In this document: one piece after another, positions 19,881 to 29,662 of the stretch
How the letters are laid out: each line of letters opens with the position of its first letter
Position numbering within the stretch: position 1 is the stretch's first letter
Origin: Minisyncoccota bacterium
Lineage (GTDB): Bacteria > Patescibacteriota > Minisyncoccia > Phycocordibacterales > CAIZLB01
NCBI GenBank assembly: GCA_021734945.1
Contig: JAIPIA010000001.1
Location: 90,243 to 154,242 of the forward strand
Direction: 5' to 3'
DNA: 64,000 bases
Translations under genes and position numbers: made by a program
The notes under the pieces: model-generated
What the model saw: the letters and a program-made list of their open reading frames with translations, nothing else
What the model was told of the DNA's origin: nothing
The model's database searches: none

Positions 19881-20384
19881 TTGGTAATGAGACTCAAAGA
19901 TACATATAATACACAGCCGTGCCGGGGGTTTATTGCTCTGTTTTTTGTATTGTCTATGGCTTCGTTCCTTACAGTCCTTATATATAGCGTAAGTCATAAT
20001 TTTAGCTATACATTGAGTATGCTTGTAAATTTCAAGAAACTAGACAACTCTCGTTCATCTGCATTGTATTGCAAATATAAGTTACTCAATAATCTATTAA
20101 TAAATATTGAGTATATACCAGCTGTTAAAACTGATATCACGACACCTTATGGTTCAACGTGTAGGTATGACTCATATAAACATGTATCTTCACAGGAAGT
20201 TGAAGTAGTTATTGTAGGTAAAAATAAGCAGTATCAAAATATATCACCGCAGAACGAATCAAATAATGAACTTATCAACAATCCAATTTCACGAAGTATT
20301 ACGCTAAGGTATACGTACAATATTACGGGCGATTTCTATGATTATGTCAGGAAGGTTGAGGGGGCTCAGATTAGTATGGATTAA
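19881..20384 (+). CDS. hypothetical membrane-anchored protein (possible pilus-associated, lacks canonical prepilin motif)
   Basis: 167 aa; single N-terminal hydrophobic helix following RGFIALFF; sits immediately upstream of two pilin genes. Confidence 0.4.
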   Translation: MVMRLKDTYNTQPCRGFIALFFVLSMASFLTVLIYSVSHNFSYTLSMLVNFKKLDNSRSSALYCKYKLLNNLLINIEYIPAVKTDITTPYGSTCRYDSYKHVSSQEVEVVIVGKNKQYQNISPQNESNNELINNPISRSITLRYTYNITGDFYDYVRKVEGAQISMD

Positions 20385-20471
20385 TTTTTTTGATAGTTGA
20401 AATAGACCAATCCCTAAGGAAATTTATAAAAAATTTATTATGGTTTCATATAGTTCTAGTAACATCTTGTT

Positions 20472-21056
20472 ATGAAACAAAAAATAAATATGTTTAATGT
20501 TTTTAAAATTAAAAAGCATAATAAAAATTACAAATCTTATCAGGATAAAAATGATTATGGAAAAGACAGAAAATCTCGATTTTTAACTACAAAGTCTGTA
20601 GTTCGTTCTAGGGGTGGTTTTACACTTCTGGAAGTGTTGATGGTTATAGGTATTTTGGCAATATTAGCAGGAGTTGTCTTAGTTGCTATAAATCCAGCCA
20701 GACAATTTAAAATTGCACGAGATTCACAAAGAAACGCCAACGTAAGTACAATACTCAATGCTATAGGACAAAATTTGACTGACCACGGGGGTGTGTTTAC
20801 TTGTGAGGGAGTCATTACAGATTTACCGACAACAAAAACAAATATTTCGTCTGAGGAAGGTGACTTCAATGTCGCAAACTGCTTAGTCCCTGATTATATT
20901 TCTGTTTTGCCATTTGACCCCTCAAAGGAAGGTTCTAACTATACTGATGAGTTTAGTTATAATACTGGGTACAGTATAGAATCAGATGTTGAAGGACGAA
21001 TCACTATATCAGCTGATGGTGAGGTCTCAGATAGGGTAATATCAGTTACTCGATAA
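20472..21056 (+). CDS. type IV pilin / pseudopilin (prepilin-type N-terminal methylation domain)
   Basis: 194 aa; G|FTLLEVLMVIGILAILAGVV class-III signal motif with Glu+5; unusually long (about 45-50 aa) basic leader unless start is mis-assigned. Confidence 0.75.
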   Translation: MKQKINMFNVFKIKKHNKNYKSYQDKNDYGKDRKSRFLTTKSVVRSRGGFTLLEVLMVIGILAILAGVVLVAINPARQFKIARDSQRNANVSTILNAIGQNLTDHGGVFTCEGVITDLPTTKTNISSEEGDFNVANCLVPDYISVLPFDPSKEGSNYTDEFSYNTGYSIESDVEGRITISADGEVSDRVISVTR

Positions 21057-21135
21057 TATTGAGCCTGAAATGTGTTTTTATGAGTGTTTACTGATATTTC
21101 TTACCTCAACGATATGATGTATAATTAGTGTTATT

Positions 21136-21711
21136 GTGGTACTCAATTTCAATCGAAATAAAATAAAGGTCTTCAGACAAGTTAGTAAATTCAAAAAAGG
21201 CTTCACTATACTTGAACTATTAATCGTAATTGGAATTATTGGATATTTATCATCTATTGTGTTGACGAATACTCAGTCAGCACGAGATAAAGCTTACACT
21301 GCAAGAGGTCAAAAGGAATTAAATACGATATACCAAGCATTGCAAATGTATATGTCAGATAGAGGTGGGCGCATACCACCTGATGTAAGTCGTGGTTTAC
21401 CACCAGGGCTTGAGAACTATTTACCTACTGGTAAATGGCCTGATGCACCTTGGCCTGGTTCTGTGTATGACTGGGACGTTTGGGATGATCCACAGAGTTC
21501 AACTGATATCGTCCAAGTTAGTGTAAGGTTCTGCCCAGCAGGTGGAGACATTGCAACTTGTAACTTCCCAAAGGAGAGTTGGGCATCAGGTTTCGGTGTT
21601 GATAGTTCTTACTACTATTGTATACAAGGTACCTGTAGATCACATATAAACCAACCTGTAACATACCCTGGTAAGTGCGCAAACTGCTCAGGGACATCAA
21701 CCTCACCGTAG
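21136..21711 (+). CDS. type IV pilin-like protein with Cys-rich C-terminal domain
   Basis: 191 aa; KKG|FTILELLIVIGIIGYL prepilin motif; C-terminal region has 8 Cys. Confidence 0.75.
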   Translation: MVLNFNRNKIKVFRQVSKFKKGFTILELLIVIGIIGYLSSIVLTNTQSARDKAYTARGQKELNTIYQALQMYMSDRGGRIPPDVSRGLPPGLENYLPTGKWPDAPWPGSVYDWDVWDDPQSSTDIVQVSVRFCPAGGDIATCNFPKESWASGFGVDSSYYYCIQGTCRSHINQPVTYPGKCANCSGTSTSP

Positions 21712-21802
21712 TTAAAAGTTGGAACATGTTTGGTATTACAAATCCACAGATAGGGGCGCAATCTGTATTGTGAGTATAGCGTTCATAATATACAATTAGA
21801 GT

Positions 21803-22015
21803 ATGAAAAAAATATTTAGCAGTTCACGATCATATGCATTATTGGCTGTAATGTCTGTAGCTGTATTCAGTCTTGCAGTATGGGGTAAAGTAGTAGCATA
21901 TATCCAAAATGGACTTACTGATTCTGCATCTATTCGAGTATCAGAAAAGGCATCTTGTGACGAATCCTCACAAGATTCAAATACAAAATTCAGTGGTTGC
22001 AATTCAGTCCTCTAA
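21803..22015 (+). CDS. small putative secreted protein
   Basis: 70 aa with plausible signal peptide and 2 Cys; competing antisense ORF; weak. Confidence 0.3.
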   Translation: MKKIFSSSRSYALLAVMSVAVFSLAVWGKVVAYIQNGLTDSASIRVSEKASCDESSQDSNTKFSGCNSVL

Positions 22016-22031
22016 GGATTAGTATTGTCAC

Positions 22032-23684
22032 ATGAAGAAGGCCTCAGAAAAAAATAAAAGAGCAGTATTCTCTATAGGTAGCAAAGACATCAACATCTCC
22101 AACGTCGGGGATGTTGCTTTGCGTTTGCAAGAGATAGCTATTTCGAAGGAGTCACGTTCGAGACTAGTCAAAAACTTTGAGTATCTTAAAGAGAGATCTA
22201 CTAAAGAAGTCATATACGGATTAAATACTGGTTTTGGCCCGATGGCCCATATCTTTATTTCAAAAGAAAAACAGACTGAGCTCCAGTACAATCTCATTCG
22301 AAGTCACGCTGTCGGACTGGGGGATTTTATAGAACCAAGGTATGTTCGAGCAATTATGTTTATTCGATTGCAGACATTGCTAAAGTCACATTCCGCTGTG
22401 CACGGAGACACTTGTCGTTTATTGGTAGAGTTTTTAAACAGAAACATTGTTCCTATAACATACCAGCACGGATCAGTTGGGGCGAGTGGGGACTTAGTCC
22501 AACTAGCTCACATTGCAGAAGCACTCATCGGTGAAGGTAGAGTGATGTATCAGGGTAAAATTATAGAAACACAAAGATTGTTTAAAACCGTCCTAGCTAA
22601 GGATGGAATTGTCCCTTTAAAGATGCATCTTCGTGAGGGTCTGGCATTGATAAACGGCACGTCTTCGATGACAGGTATTGCTGCTTTGAATGTTCATTAT
22701 TCAAAAATACTCTTACAAAATTCTGCAAGAGCGAGTTCGTTATTATTTGAAATAGTAAATGCTTCAGAGGATTACTTTTCTAAGGAAATATCCGATGTGC
22801 GTCCTCATTATGGACAAATGAAAGTCGGGGAATTTTTCAGATCTATTCTTAAATCATCTAAAAGAATATTGCGTGAGGGTGCTAATGCCGCCAATGCTTT
22901 TGCAAAACACCCAGTGGACAGTTTGAATAAAATAAATAAAGATATTGAATCTACTAATTATGATACTCATCATATGGATCGAAGTCGGCAGGAGATTTAC
23001 TCTATTCGGTGTGCTATCCAGGTATTAGGACCTATACTAGATGAAATTAAGAATGCAACACAGGTGGTGGAGATTGAAATGAATTCTGTCACAGATAATC
23101 CTCTTGTCTTTATTGATTCAAAGATTGTTCATGGGGGAAATTTCCATGGCGATTATATATCGTATGAGATGGATAAACTTAAAATTGCTATAACAAAGTT
23201 ATCAATTTTTTCTGAACGAAAGTTAAACTTTTTAGTAAATGATAAAGTTAATAAAATTCTTCCACCATTTTTAAATACGGGTGTAGTTGGTTTAGACTTG
23301 GGTCTTCAGGGTTTGCAATTTGTTGCCACTTCTACTGTAGCAGAAAATCAATCATTATCTATGCCTGTCAGTATTCATTCTATTTCTTGTAATAACGACA
23401 ATCAGGATATTGTGAGTATGGGTACAAACTCCGCATTGATGGCTCAGAAGGTGATAGAAAATACTTTTGATGTATTAGCAATTGAACTTATGTCTATAGT
23501 ACGAGCTGTTCAGATACTTGGCATTGAATCAGATTTAAGTGTAGGTACAAAAGCTTTTTATGAGAGTATTAAGAGATATATTTCAGGCAAAGCGGATTTG
23601 GTAAAGAGAGATGAAGTACAAGCTATTGTCGATTTTCTTAAAAATCAAGAGGTTTCCGATTTTTATAATACAACGCGAAAGTAG
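22032..23684 (+). CDS. hutH: aromatic amino acid ammonia-lyase family, histidine ammonia-lyase-like (MIO cofactor)
   Basis: 550 aa; signature GSVGASGDLVQLAHIA (Ala-Ser-Gly MIO triad); selectivity region RSHAVG with Ser-His as in HAL rather than PAL/TAL. Confidence 0.8.
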   Translation: MKKASEKNKRAVFSIGSKDINISNVGDVALRLQEIAISKESRSRLVKNFEYLKERSTKEVIYGLNTGFGPMAHIFISKEKQTELQYNLIRSHAVGLGDFIEPRYVRAIMFIRLQTLLKSHSAVHGDTCRLLVEFLNRNIVPITYQHGSVGASGDLVQLAHIAEALIGEGRVMYQGKIIETQRLFKTVLAKDGIVPLKMHLREGLALINGTSSMTGIAALNVHYSKILLQNSARASSLLFEIVNASEDYFSKEISDVRPHYGQMKVGEFFRSILKSSKRILREGANAANAFAKHPVDSLNKINKDIESTNYDTHHMDRSRQEIYSIRCAIQVLGPILDEIKNATQVVEIEMNSVTDNPLVFIDSKIVHGGNFHGDYISYEMDKLKIAITKLSIFSERKLNFLVNDKVNKILPPFLNTGVVGLDLGLQGLQFVATSTVAENQSLSMPVSIHSISCNNDNQDIVSMGTNSALMAQKVIENTFDVLAIELMSIVRAVQILGIESDLSVGTKAFYESIKRYISGKADLVKRDEVQAIVDFLKNQEVSDFYNTTRK

Positions 23685-25299
23685 ATATCAATAAGATAGT
23701 TATAAATATATCCTGTCCATTACGTTCAAAGGGAGTTGTGTCTGATTTGTGAGGTACTTCAACAGTTCCGTGTAAAACTCCTTCTTTCCCAAAAGCTAAT
23801 TCTGCTTGTATGTTTCCATTATTGTCTACTATAGCTGATGGGCCAAGGCGGTTTGCGCGTATGATAGGAGTGTTGTTTTCGATTGCTCTATAAACTGTAT
23901 TTCCAAGGTTAAACTCACCCGCTCCACCGCTTGAAAAGAGCGCTTCCGAACCTATAGCAAAAATAAGATCCTTATCAGCAGCATTTGTAGTCTGAATAGG
24001 GTGTGTAACTTCTGAGCAAACAAGAGTTCCAATACTTCGATCGTATAGGAGGGTTTCCAAAGTTGAGCTTCCAGGAGAAGAGTCGATAGGTGTAGTATAC
24101 ATACCAAGTTTTTGAGAAAACATAGGAGTGTAATCTAAGAAAGGAAAAAGTAGTTTTTTTTGAGAATAACCTATAAGTACGCCATTTTTCCAAAAGTGTA
24201 TTTCGTTATAAAAGAGAGTATCTCTATATGTGGTGTTCCATGTAACAAAAATATTATCCTTTTTGATGTACAGTTTTGTCCAATTGCTAAATGTCTCGAA
24301 GTCAGTAGCGATTACTTTCTTGTTAAAGAGATTCTTGTTTTTCTTTTCGGTAATTGCTCCATTCCAAGGCGCAAATGGGTAAATGATTATTTGAGGTTTT
24401 ATCTGATCTTTCTGTGCTTCTAGTACTAATTTTTGAAGCCTAGGGAATGAAAAATAAGTTTCTCCAGTCTGTGTGTCCGTTTTCTCTTCACCAAAAGGGG
24501 ACTCAGTCTTGTCTTGATCTTGAATGAGAGATACATCAATACTAGACTTTTCATTTGTACTTTTTTCCTTTTCAATTTTTATAATCGTCAACTCATGAAG
24601 AACTAAAGCTCCAGCGATACAAAAAAATAGTACCGCTATAGATCTCTTTATATTTTTTTCATCTAGTTTGTGTACCTCCGTGGAACATGACCTGTTACTT
24701 CTCTTTATTAAATAATAAAGTATAGAGCCAATACTCATATTGATAAGTGCAATAGCAAAAATAGTCATGTACACACCACCATACTGTGCGAGTGATGCAA
24801 AAGTTGTATTATGTGCTGGATATCCAATAATGCTGTATTCGATACTAAACATCATTTTGTGTGTACACCACTCGCTAAAAGTCCAACACCCTGCTGCGTA
24901 GAATATATGTGCTACTGCGTTTTGAGATTTGAGCAATCTCAAAAGTAGAATTTGAAATGATGCAAAAATTCCGATGAAAATAAGTATAAAGAGGCTTGAT
25001 ATTCTGATCAATTCTGTAAATAAATAAGTCTCCTCTACCCAATGGAATTGCAGAACGGTTAATGACAAAATAAATGCTGTGAAAATAATACCAAAGAGAA
25101 AACCACCGAGAGCAGTCCTTTTCCATGGGTATGTATCCGAAATTCGTGTAAATAGATATATTGGAACGAGGCATATAAAACAAAGCCACCAAATCTTAAT
25201 CGGCGGAAGTGTTGCAATGACCAGGATCGCAGACACTACAGGTAAAATAAACCATTTTTGTCCATAAGATTTAATTTTGTCATATTCAAGTTTGTTCAT
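23638..25299 (-). CDS. lnt: apolipoprotein N-acyltransferase-like (Lnt family: polytopic N-terminal domain plus carbon-nitrogen hydrolase domain)
   Basis: 553 aa; 6-7 N-terminal TM helices, low-complexity linker, C-terminal CN-hydrolase region with candidate catalytic Cys (GTLVCSEV); 3' end overlaps hutH-like gene by 47 nt (convergent). Confidence 0.7.
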   Translation of the reverse strand: MNKLEYDKIKSYGQKWFILPVVSAILVIATLPPIKIWWLCFICLVPIYLFTRISDTYPWKRTALGGFLFGIIFTAFILSLTVLQFHWVEETYLFTELIRISSLFILIFIGIFASFQILLLRLLKSQNAVAHIFYAAGCWTFSEWCTHKMMFSIEYSIIGYPAHNTTFASLAQYGGVYMTIFAIALINMSIGSILYYLIKRSNRSCSTEVHKLDEKNIKRSIAVLFFCIAGALVLHELTIIKIEKEKSTNEKSSIDVSLIQDQDKTESPFGEEKTDTQTGETYFSFPRLQKLVLEAQKDQIKPQIIIYPFAPWNGAITEKKNKNLFNKKVIATDFETFSNWTKLYIKKDNIFVTWNTTYRDTLFYNEIHFWKNGVLIGYSQKKLLFPFLDYTPMFSQKLGMYTTPIDSSPGSSTLETLLYDRSIGTLVCSEVTHPIQTTNAADKDLIFAIGSEALFSSGGAGEFNLGNTVYRAIENNTPIIRANRLGPSAIVDNNGNIQAELAFGKEGVLHGTVEVPHKSDTTPFERNGQDIFITILLISTFALYYKNRKPLDF

Positions 25300-25324
25300 A
25301 ATATACTCATAACACCTCGGCAGT

Positions 25325-26650
25325 TTATTTTATGTGACTCACTATATGTCTAGTTTTCTGTGTCTGCACTGACAAATTCTCTACAAAATGTATTTCAGGT
25401 TGCAGTGCGAGACCTTTATCAACGGCTGTTTGAAGAGTTGCGTTCGCTGTAAAGTACCACTTATCAAGCAACGCCTGCAAAATCTTTTCCTCAGCTTCTC
25501 TTTTTGAAAATTCATTTATGAAATTTTTAGAAATTTCTATTACTATTTTGATTGTTTCTTTATTTGTTTGAGGTGATAAGGCTGAATAAAAATGAAATTG
25601 ATAATTTGTTCCAATATCATTTCTACATGATGAAAGAGCTTGCTCAATATCTTCGCTTTTAATCTCTAATCCATTTACACGTATCTTGTCTACGTCCATT
25701 CTGCCATCCCATTGTAGGATAGGGCAGGTTGATATGTCCCTAGCGCTATCTTTTGAATCTTCAGGATCTTGCCCAAAGATTTTAAAGAAATCACCCGTCT
25801 TGTAGCGTATGAGAGGGAAGGCTTTGTTTTGCTCCATTGTTAGGATCAATTCACCGTCTATTAACTCAGCGGCAACTACTGCTTCAGTCTGCATGTGCAT
25901 AAGGTCAATCTTACCCTGTATATCATCTATAGATGGATACATGAGTATTTGACCTATCTCACTTGATGCATACACGTTCGCAATTTTTGCGTTTGGATAT
26001 CTACTTTCTAGAACTTTACGCTTTGTTGATGTGAGTGTCTCTGAGAAGAGTACTAATAGTTTTATTTTGTGTGAGTCATATTTCTTATTAATATGATCTG
26101 CTATATGTTCAGCAAGTGTTGGGGTTGTATATATAGTATCGGCAGATGTAGCACTTGCTAAGACGGCGCTTTGTTCGAGGTTTTGATAATCGGCAAAAAT
26201 AGGTGTTAGAGGTTTTTTTGCTTCTCTGCATTGTCGTACAAAGGTGTGCCCAAAATTTTTATTTAACGCAGGATGAAGTATAAGAATATTTTGTACATCA
26301 AGACCGAGAGATGGGTCATAAAAATAGTTATCGACATGTCCCCAATAGAGTATAAGTGGTTTACCGTCTGTTGTCCCTGACGTATATGATATAAATTCAA
26401 TCTGATCTCTATTTATATAAAGTCTTTCATTTGGGTGAGTTGAAGTAATATTTTGGCGCATCAAAAACGGCAATTTTTCAAACATATTGACTAGCTCACT
26501 GCTATTGTTGAAGCTCAAGTTGTTTTTGTTTTTTAGCAAAACTTGTCCCAAAGCAATCAGATAATTTTTTTTATAAAAATCTGAACATGAGCTTTCAATA
26601 ACTCGATTGAGTAGAGCTTCTAGTTTTTCCAAGTTTGCGTAGATTATCAT
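25325..26650 (-). CDS. adenylate-forming enzyme, phenylacetate-CoA ligase (PaaK)/CapK/F390-synthetase-like
   Basis: 441 aa; AMP-binding motif YTSGTTDGKP (cf. SSGTTGKP); PaaK-like size and C-terminal domain. Confidence 0.7.
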   Translation of the reverse strand: MIIYANLEKLEALLNRVIESSCSDFYKKNYLIALGQVLLKNKNNLSFNNSSELVNMFEKLPFLMRQNITSTHPNERLYINRDQIEFISYTSGTTDGKPLILYWGHVDNYFYDPSLGLDVQNILILHPALNKNFGHTFVRQCREAKKPLTPIFADYQNLEQSAVLASATSADTIYTTPTLAEHIADHINKKYDSHKIKLLVLFSETLTSTKRKVLESRYPNAKIANVYASSEIGQILMYPSIDDIQGKIDLMHMQTEAVVAAELIDGELILTMEQNKAFPLIRYKTGDFFKIFGQDPEDSKDSARDISTCPILQWDGRMDVDKIRVNGLEIKSEDIEQALSSCRNDIGTNYQFHFYSALSPQTNKETIKIVIEISKNFINEFSKREAEEKILQALLDKWYFTANATLQTAVDKGLALQPEIHFVENLSVQTQKTRHIVSHIK

Positions 26651-26674
26651 ACTCTGAGGGTTAGAGAATTACGG

Positions 26675-27337
26675 TTAGATAATTTTCAGGAAATCATTCG
26701 TAGCGGTATCGTATTCCCAATATGCATTACTCATGTCTCCAACTTTTGAATTAACTAAAATAGTGTCTTCCTTTGATGGTATTTTTCCTATGAGTATCGT
26801 CTCGAGAGCATTAAAATATTCTGTTATGGCAGCTATGAGTGCATGAGATTTCTCTATATAGTCAGCGTACTCTGGGATGTTAGATACCTCTAACTTTGCT
26901 AACTCAGTGTTAATCTCAGAAATTCTTGAAAGGTTCTGTTCAATTTCAACTTTTATTTCTGTAATAAGATCAAAAATGCCACCCCATTCTGTTTTAATAG
27001 CTTTTTCTTTTAGTAAGAGTAGATCCTCGTAAATTATAGAATTATTACTTTTTGTAATCTCTGAAAAATTTGTTTGGATAATGTTAAAAGATTGAACTAC
27101 TGAAGCAGAACGTGTTGATTGAGTTATTATAGGAGCTTGCCTAAAGGTGAGGGAATTAATATTTACTATTTTATTGTTTGTTGGGGCACCAAAAGTGTTG
27201 AGATAATCAGCCGTTTCAGGAGTAATCAGTAATGTGGGTTTAGAAAAATAAGTCGTGTAATAATAGTGAGCGACAAGTACAGTCACTGTTCCTCCAAAGA
27301 GTATTCCAAAAAGTAATATTGTTATATTTTTTACCAT
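26675..27337 (-). CDS. hypothetical membrane-anchored extracytoplasmic protein (paralog of upstream gene)
   Basis: 220 aa; N-terminal TM, helical low-complexity ectodomain; C-terminal region ...IGKIPSKEDTILVN resembles ...LSGSVPTKEQLNDLN of neighbour. Confidence 0.5.
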   Translation of the reverse strand: MVKNITILLFGILFGGTVTVLVAHYYYTTYFSKPTLLITPETADYLNTFGAPTNNKIVNINSLTFRQAPIITQSTRSASVVQSFNIIQTNFSEITKSNNSIIYEDLLLLKEKAIKTEWGGIFDLITEIKVEIEQNLSRISEINTELAKLEVSNIPEYADYIEKSHALIAAITEYFNALETILIGKIPSKEDTILVNSKVGDMSNAYWEYDTATNDFLKII

Positions 27338-27341
27338 GATA

Positions 27342-28139
27342 TTATTTTTTATTCTCAGAATTCAATTGACTAATAATCAAGAAAAGGTTTGTCCCATCTT
27401 TTCTAAAAGGCTCTGTCTTTAGATTTAAGTCTGCAATATTTAAGTTAAGGTCGTTCAATTGTTCTTTTGTTGGAACACTACCACTAAGAAGTGTATTTAC
27501 TGAAATTAGATATTCATTGAATGAATTTGCGAAGGCTTTACTAGAGTTTATAAAACTATCTGTACTTGAAAGAATTTTTGAATCTTTTGTTGTTGATCTA
27601 TTCTCTTGGTCAAGTTTTGTTAATGAAGTAACAGCATTTTTAATCAGTACTGTGTCGTCCTTGATGGCGAGCTTAACCTGTTTCACTTCTTCAAAAACAT
27701 TTCCCCAGTTACCTGACTGTAATTTTTGAGGAAGGGCCAGCATTATAGGTAAGATAACATCATTATTGTTATTGATAAGTGTATTGAGTGAACTAACAAC
27801 ATTTTCTAAATGAAGTTTGTAGTCTGAGGTCACTGCATTTTGTAGCTCTGGAAGCACAATGGCCTGAGGTAGATTTTCTGGCTTTGTATTTTCTTTGTTT
27901 ACGTTTGTTTGAATTCCAACTTCTAGGTTTTGTTTAGGTACAACAGCAACCTCATTGTCAGTTTCTACACTTGTTTTCGTATAGATTGTATATACCGCGA
28001 ATACTGCGATACTAGTACCTACTAATGATCCTATAATGAATAATAAAATGTTTTTCATAATACGTTTGTAATTGTTTCTAGTATACCATTCTGATATACT
28101 TAAGGGTATAAGAATTGTCAACAGTACTCTAAAATACAA
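27342..28139 (-). CDS. hypothetical membrane-anchored extracytoplasmic protein
   Basis: 265 aa; N-terminal TM; same architecture as 26675..27337; first gene of a minus-strand 4-gene operon. Confidence 0.5.
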   Translation of the reverse strand: MYFRVLLTILIPLSISEWYTRNNYKRIMKNILLFIIGSLVGTSIAVFAVYTIYTKTSVETDNEVAVVPKQNLEVGIQTNVNKENTKPENLPQAIVLPELQNAVTSDYKLHLENVVSSLNTLINNNNDVILPIMLALPQKLQSGNWGNVFEEVKQVKLAIKDDTVLIKNAVTSLTKLDQENRSTTKDSKILSSTDSFINSSKAFANSFNEYLISVNTLLSGSVPTKEQLNDLNLNIADLNLKTEPFRKDGTNLFLIISQLNSENKK

Positions 28140-28141
28140 CT

Positions 28142-28636
28142 ATGGAAAAAATAAAAAATTCAATGCAAGGTCTTGAGGTGGGGAATACTAAGCAAAAATT
28201 TGTATATGGTTTATTTCTAATATTAGGAATTTTGTTTTTTGTTGCTTCATTATCAACATTTTATTCAATGTACTCTTTGATTCAAAATGTAGATCCTCTC
28301 TTTGGAATAAGTATTAAGAAGCTTGTACTCTTTAGTTTATATATTATTCTAAATTTTATAGTTGGGTATGGCTTAGTCTTTTGTAAAAGATGGATTATCC
28401 CTCTGCTTGGATTCAATGCAGGACTTATGGGGTTAACCGCACTATATAGTCAATTTGTTACCTCAAATCAGGTCAATGCTAGTGCTACTACCTCTGCATT
28501 CTGTATCTCTTTTGTTCTCTTATCAATTACATATTTGCTCAGAAAATACCTAAACGATTCATCTTATAAAAAATCTATTGACGTGTTATACATATCATTA
28601 TTGTTAATAACTTTTATTGTGACTTATTTGATTTGA
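28142..28636 (+). CDS. hypothetical 4-TM membrane protein
   Basis: 164 aa; four hydrophobic helices. Confidence 0.5.
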   Translation: MEKIKNSMQGLEVGNTKQKFVYGLFLILGILFFVASLSTFYSMYSLIQNVDPLFGISIKKLVLFSLYIILNFIVGYGLVFCKRWIIPLLGFNAGLMGLTALYSQFVTSNQVNASATTSAFCISFVLLSITYLLRKYLNDSSYKKSIDVLYISLLLITFIVTYLI

Positions 28637-28703
28637 TATACTAGTTATTATAAGTAGTCATTATTTCAAAGACTTAATACTAAGAGACTTAAAAATTTAA
28701 AAA

Positions 28704-29432
28704 ATGAATTTAAAAACGATAAAAACAAAATTCACACTGTATATACAGCTTTTTGCCCTTGTGTTAGGTGTTGCGTCATTTGTTCCGCAACGTTCAGATG
28801 CTCTTTTGATACTTCTCATTATTGACCACAATAGTTGTTGGGTGAACCTTATTTGGGGGTGTGATGGTGGCGATGGAGGAGGAGGCGGTGGTGGCGGGAA
28901 TGTGACATATACATATGAGTCAGACTATCCAGGTGGAGGAAGTAGCACATCAGGTGGAGGTGCAACAGCAAGTACTGATCCAGAAGGTAAACCCATCACA
29001 AGAATGACGGATACTCGTGATTCATTAAAGGATCCATGTACTACAGGGGATACGTGTCCTGGTGATGACTTAGGTGTATTGGCTGGAAAGATATCTGTAA
29101 ATCCTGCATACGCAAGTGCTCAAACAGATACATGTCCACTTCTCTGGACTCAAGGTGGTGATGATACAAACAGTACTGTTGTATGTAATCTCGTAACAAA
29201 TGGAACATCTCAAGTGTTGCCAAAGAGTGCTTCTGGTAAGAATACATTCAATGTGCCAATTGGTAGACACGTACTTTCATGTACACGTACAACCTCAGAA
29301 ACTGTAACTAAGTATGGTACAAAGGAGGGTGAGACCACTAAGACTGCTGTTGATTCTCAGACGAATACCTGGTCTAGTACCGAAGAGCACAATATCCGAT
29401 GCTTGGCTCGACCGAATGTAAATGAAATTTAA
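28704..29432 (+). CDS. secreted Gly-run / Cys-rich hypothetical protein
   Basis: 242 aa; signal peptide; GGDGGGGGGGGN run; 10 Cys in mature part; followed by terminator. Confidence 0.55.
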   Translation: MNLKTIKTKFTLYIQLFALVLGVASFVPQRSDALLILLIIDHNSCWVNLIWGCDGGDGGGGGGGGNVTYTYESDYPGGGSSTSGGGATASTDPEGKPITRMTDTRDSLKDPCTTGDTCPGDDLGVLAGKISVNPAYASAQTDTCPLLWTQGGDDTNSTVVCNLVTNGTSQVLPKSASGKNTFNVPIGRHVLSCTRTTSETVTKYGTKEGETTKTAVDSQTNTWSSTEEHNIRCLARPNVNEI

Positions 29433-29459
29433 AGCTCGGTAGTTATATAGGACTAGTGA

Positions 29460-29502
29460 AGACAAACGGCTTTCTCTAAATGAGAGGGTCGTTTGTCTTT
29501 TG
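29460..29502 (+). terminator. rho-independent terminator
   Basis: AGACAAACG-(21-nt loop)-CGTTTGTCT followed by TTTT. Confidence 0.55.
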
Positions 29503-29553
29503 AAAATGACCACAAAAAAATGCAAAAATGGGGGTTTTCAACTTCTCAAAATA

Positions 29554-29562
29554 TGCTATTAT
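29554..29562 (+). promoter_or_regulatory. extended -10 element (TGcTATTAT) upstream of tRNA-Asn
   Basis: about 28 nt upstream of tRNA 5' end; weak -35 (TTTTCA). Confidence 0.3.
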
Positions 29563-29590
29563 GGACAACGTTCCATTGAGGAACAGATAT

Positions 29591-29662
29591 TCCGTGGTAG
29601 CTCAGCGGTAGAGCAATCGACTGTTAATCGATTGGTCGTAGGTTCGATCCCTACCCACGGAG
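29591..29662 (+). tRNA. tRNA-Asn (anticodon GTT)
   Basis: manual fold: acceptor TCCGTGG/CCACGGA, D-stem GCTC/GAGC, anticodon stem ATCGA/TCGAT with loop CTGTTAA, T-stem GTAGG/CCTAC with loop TTCGATC, discriminator G; CCA not encoded. Confidence 0.85.
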
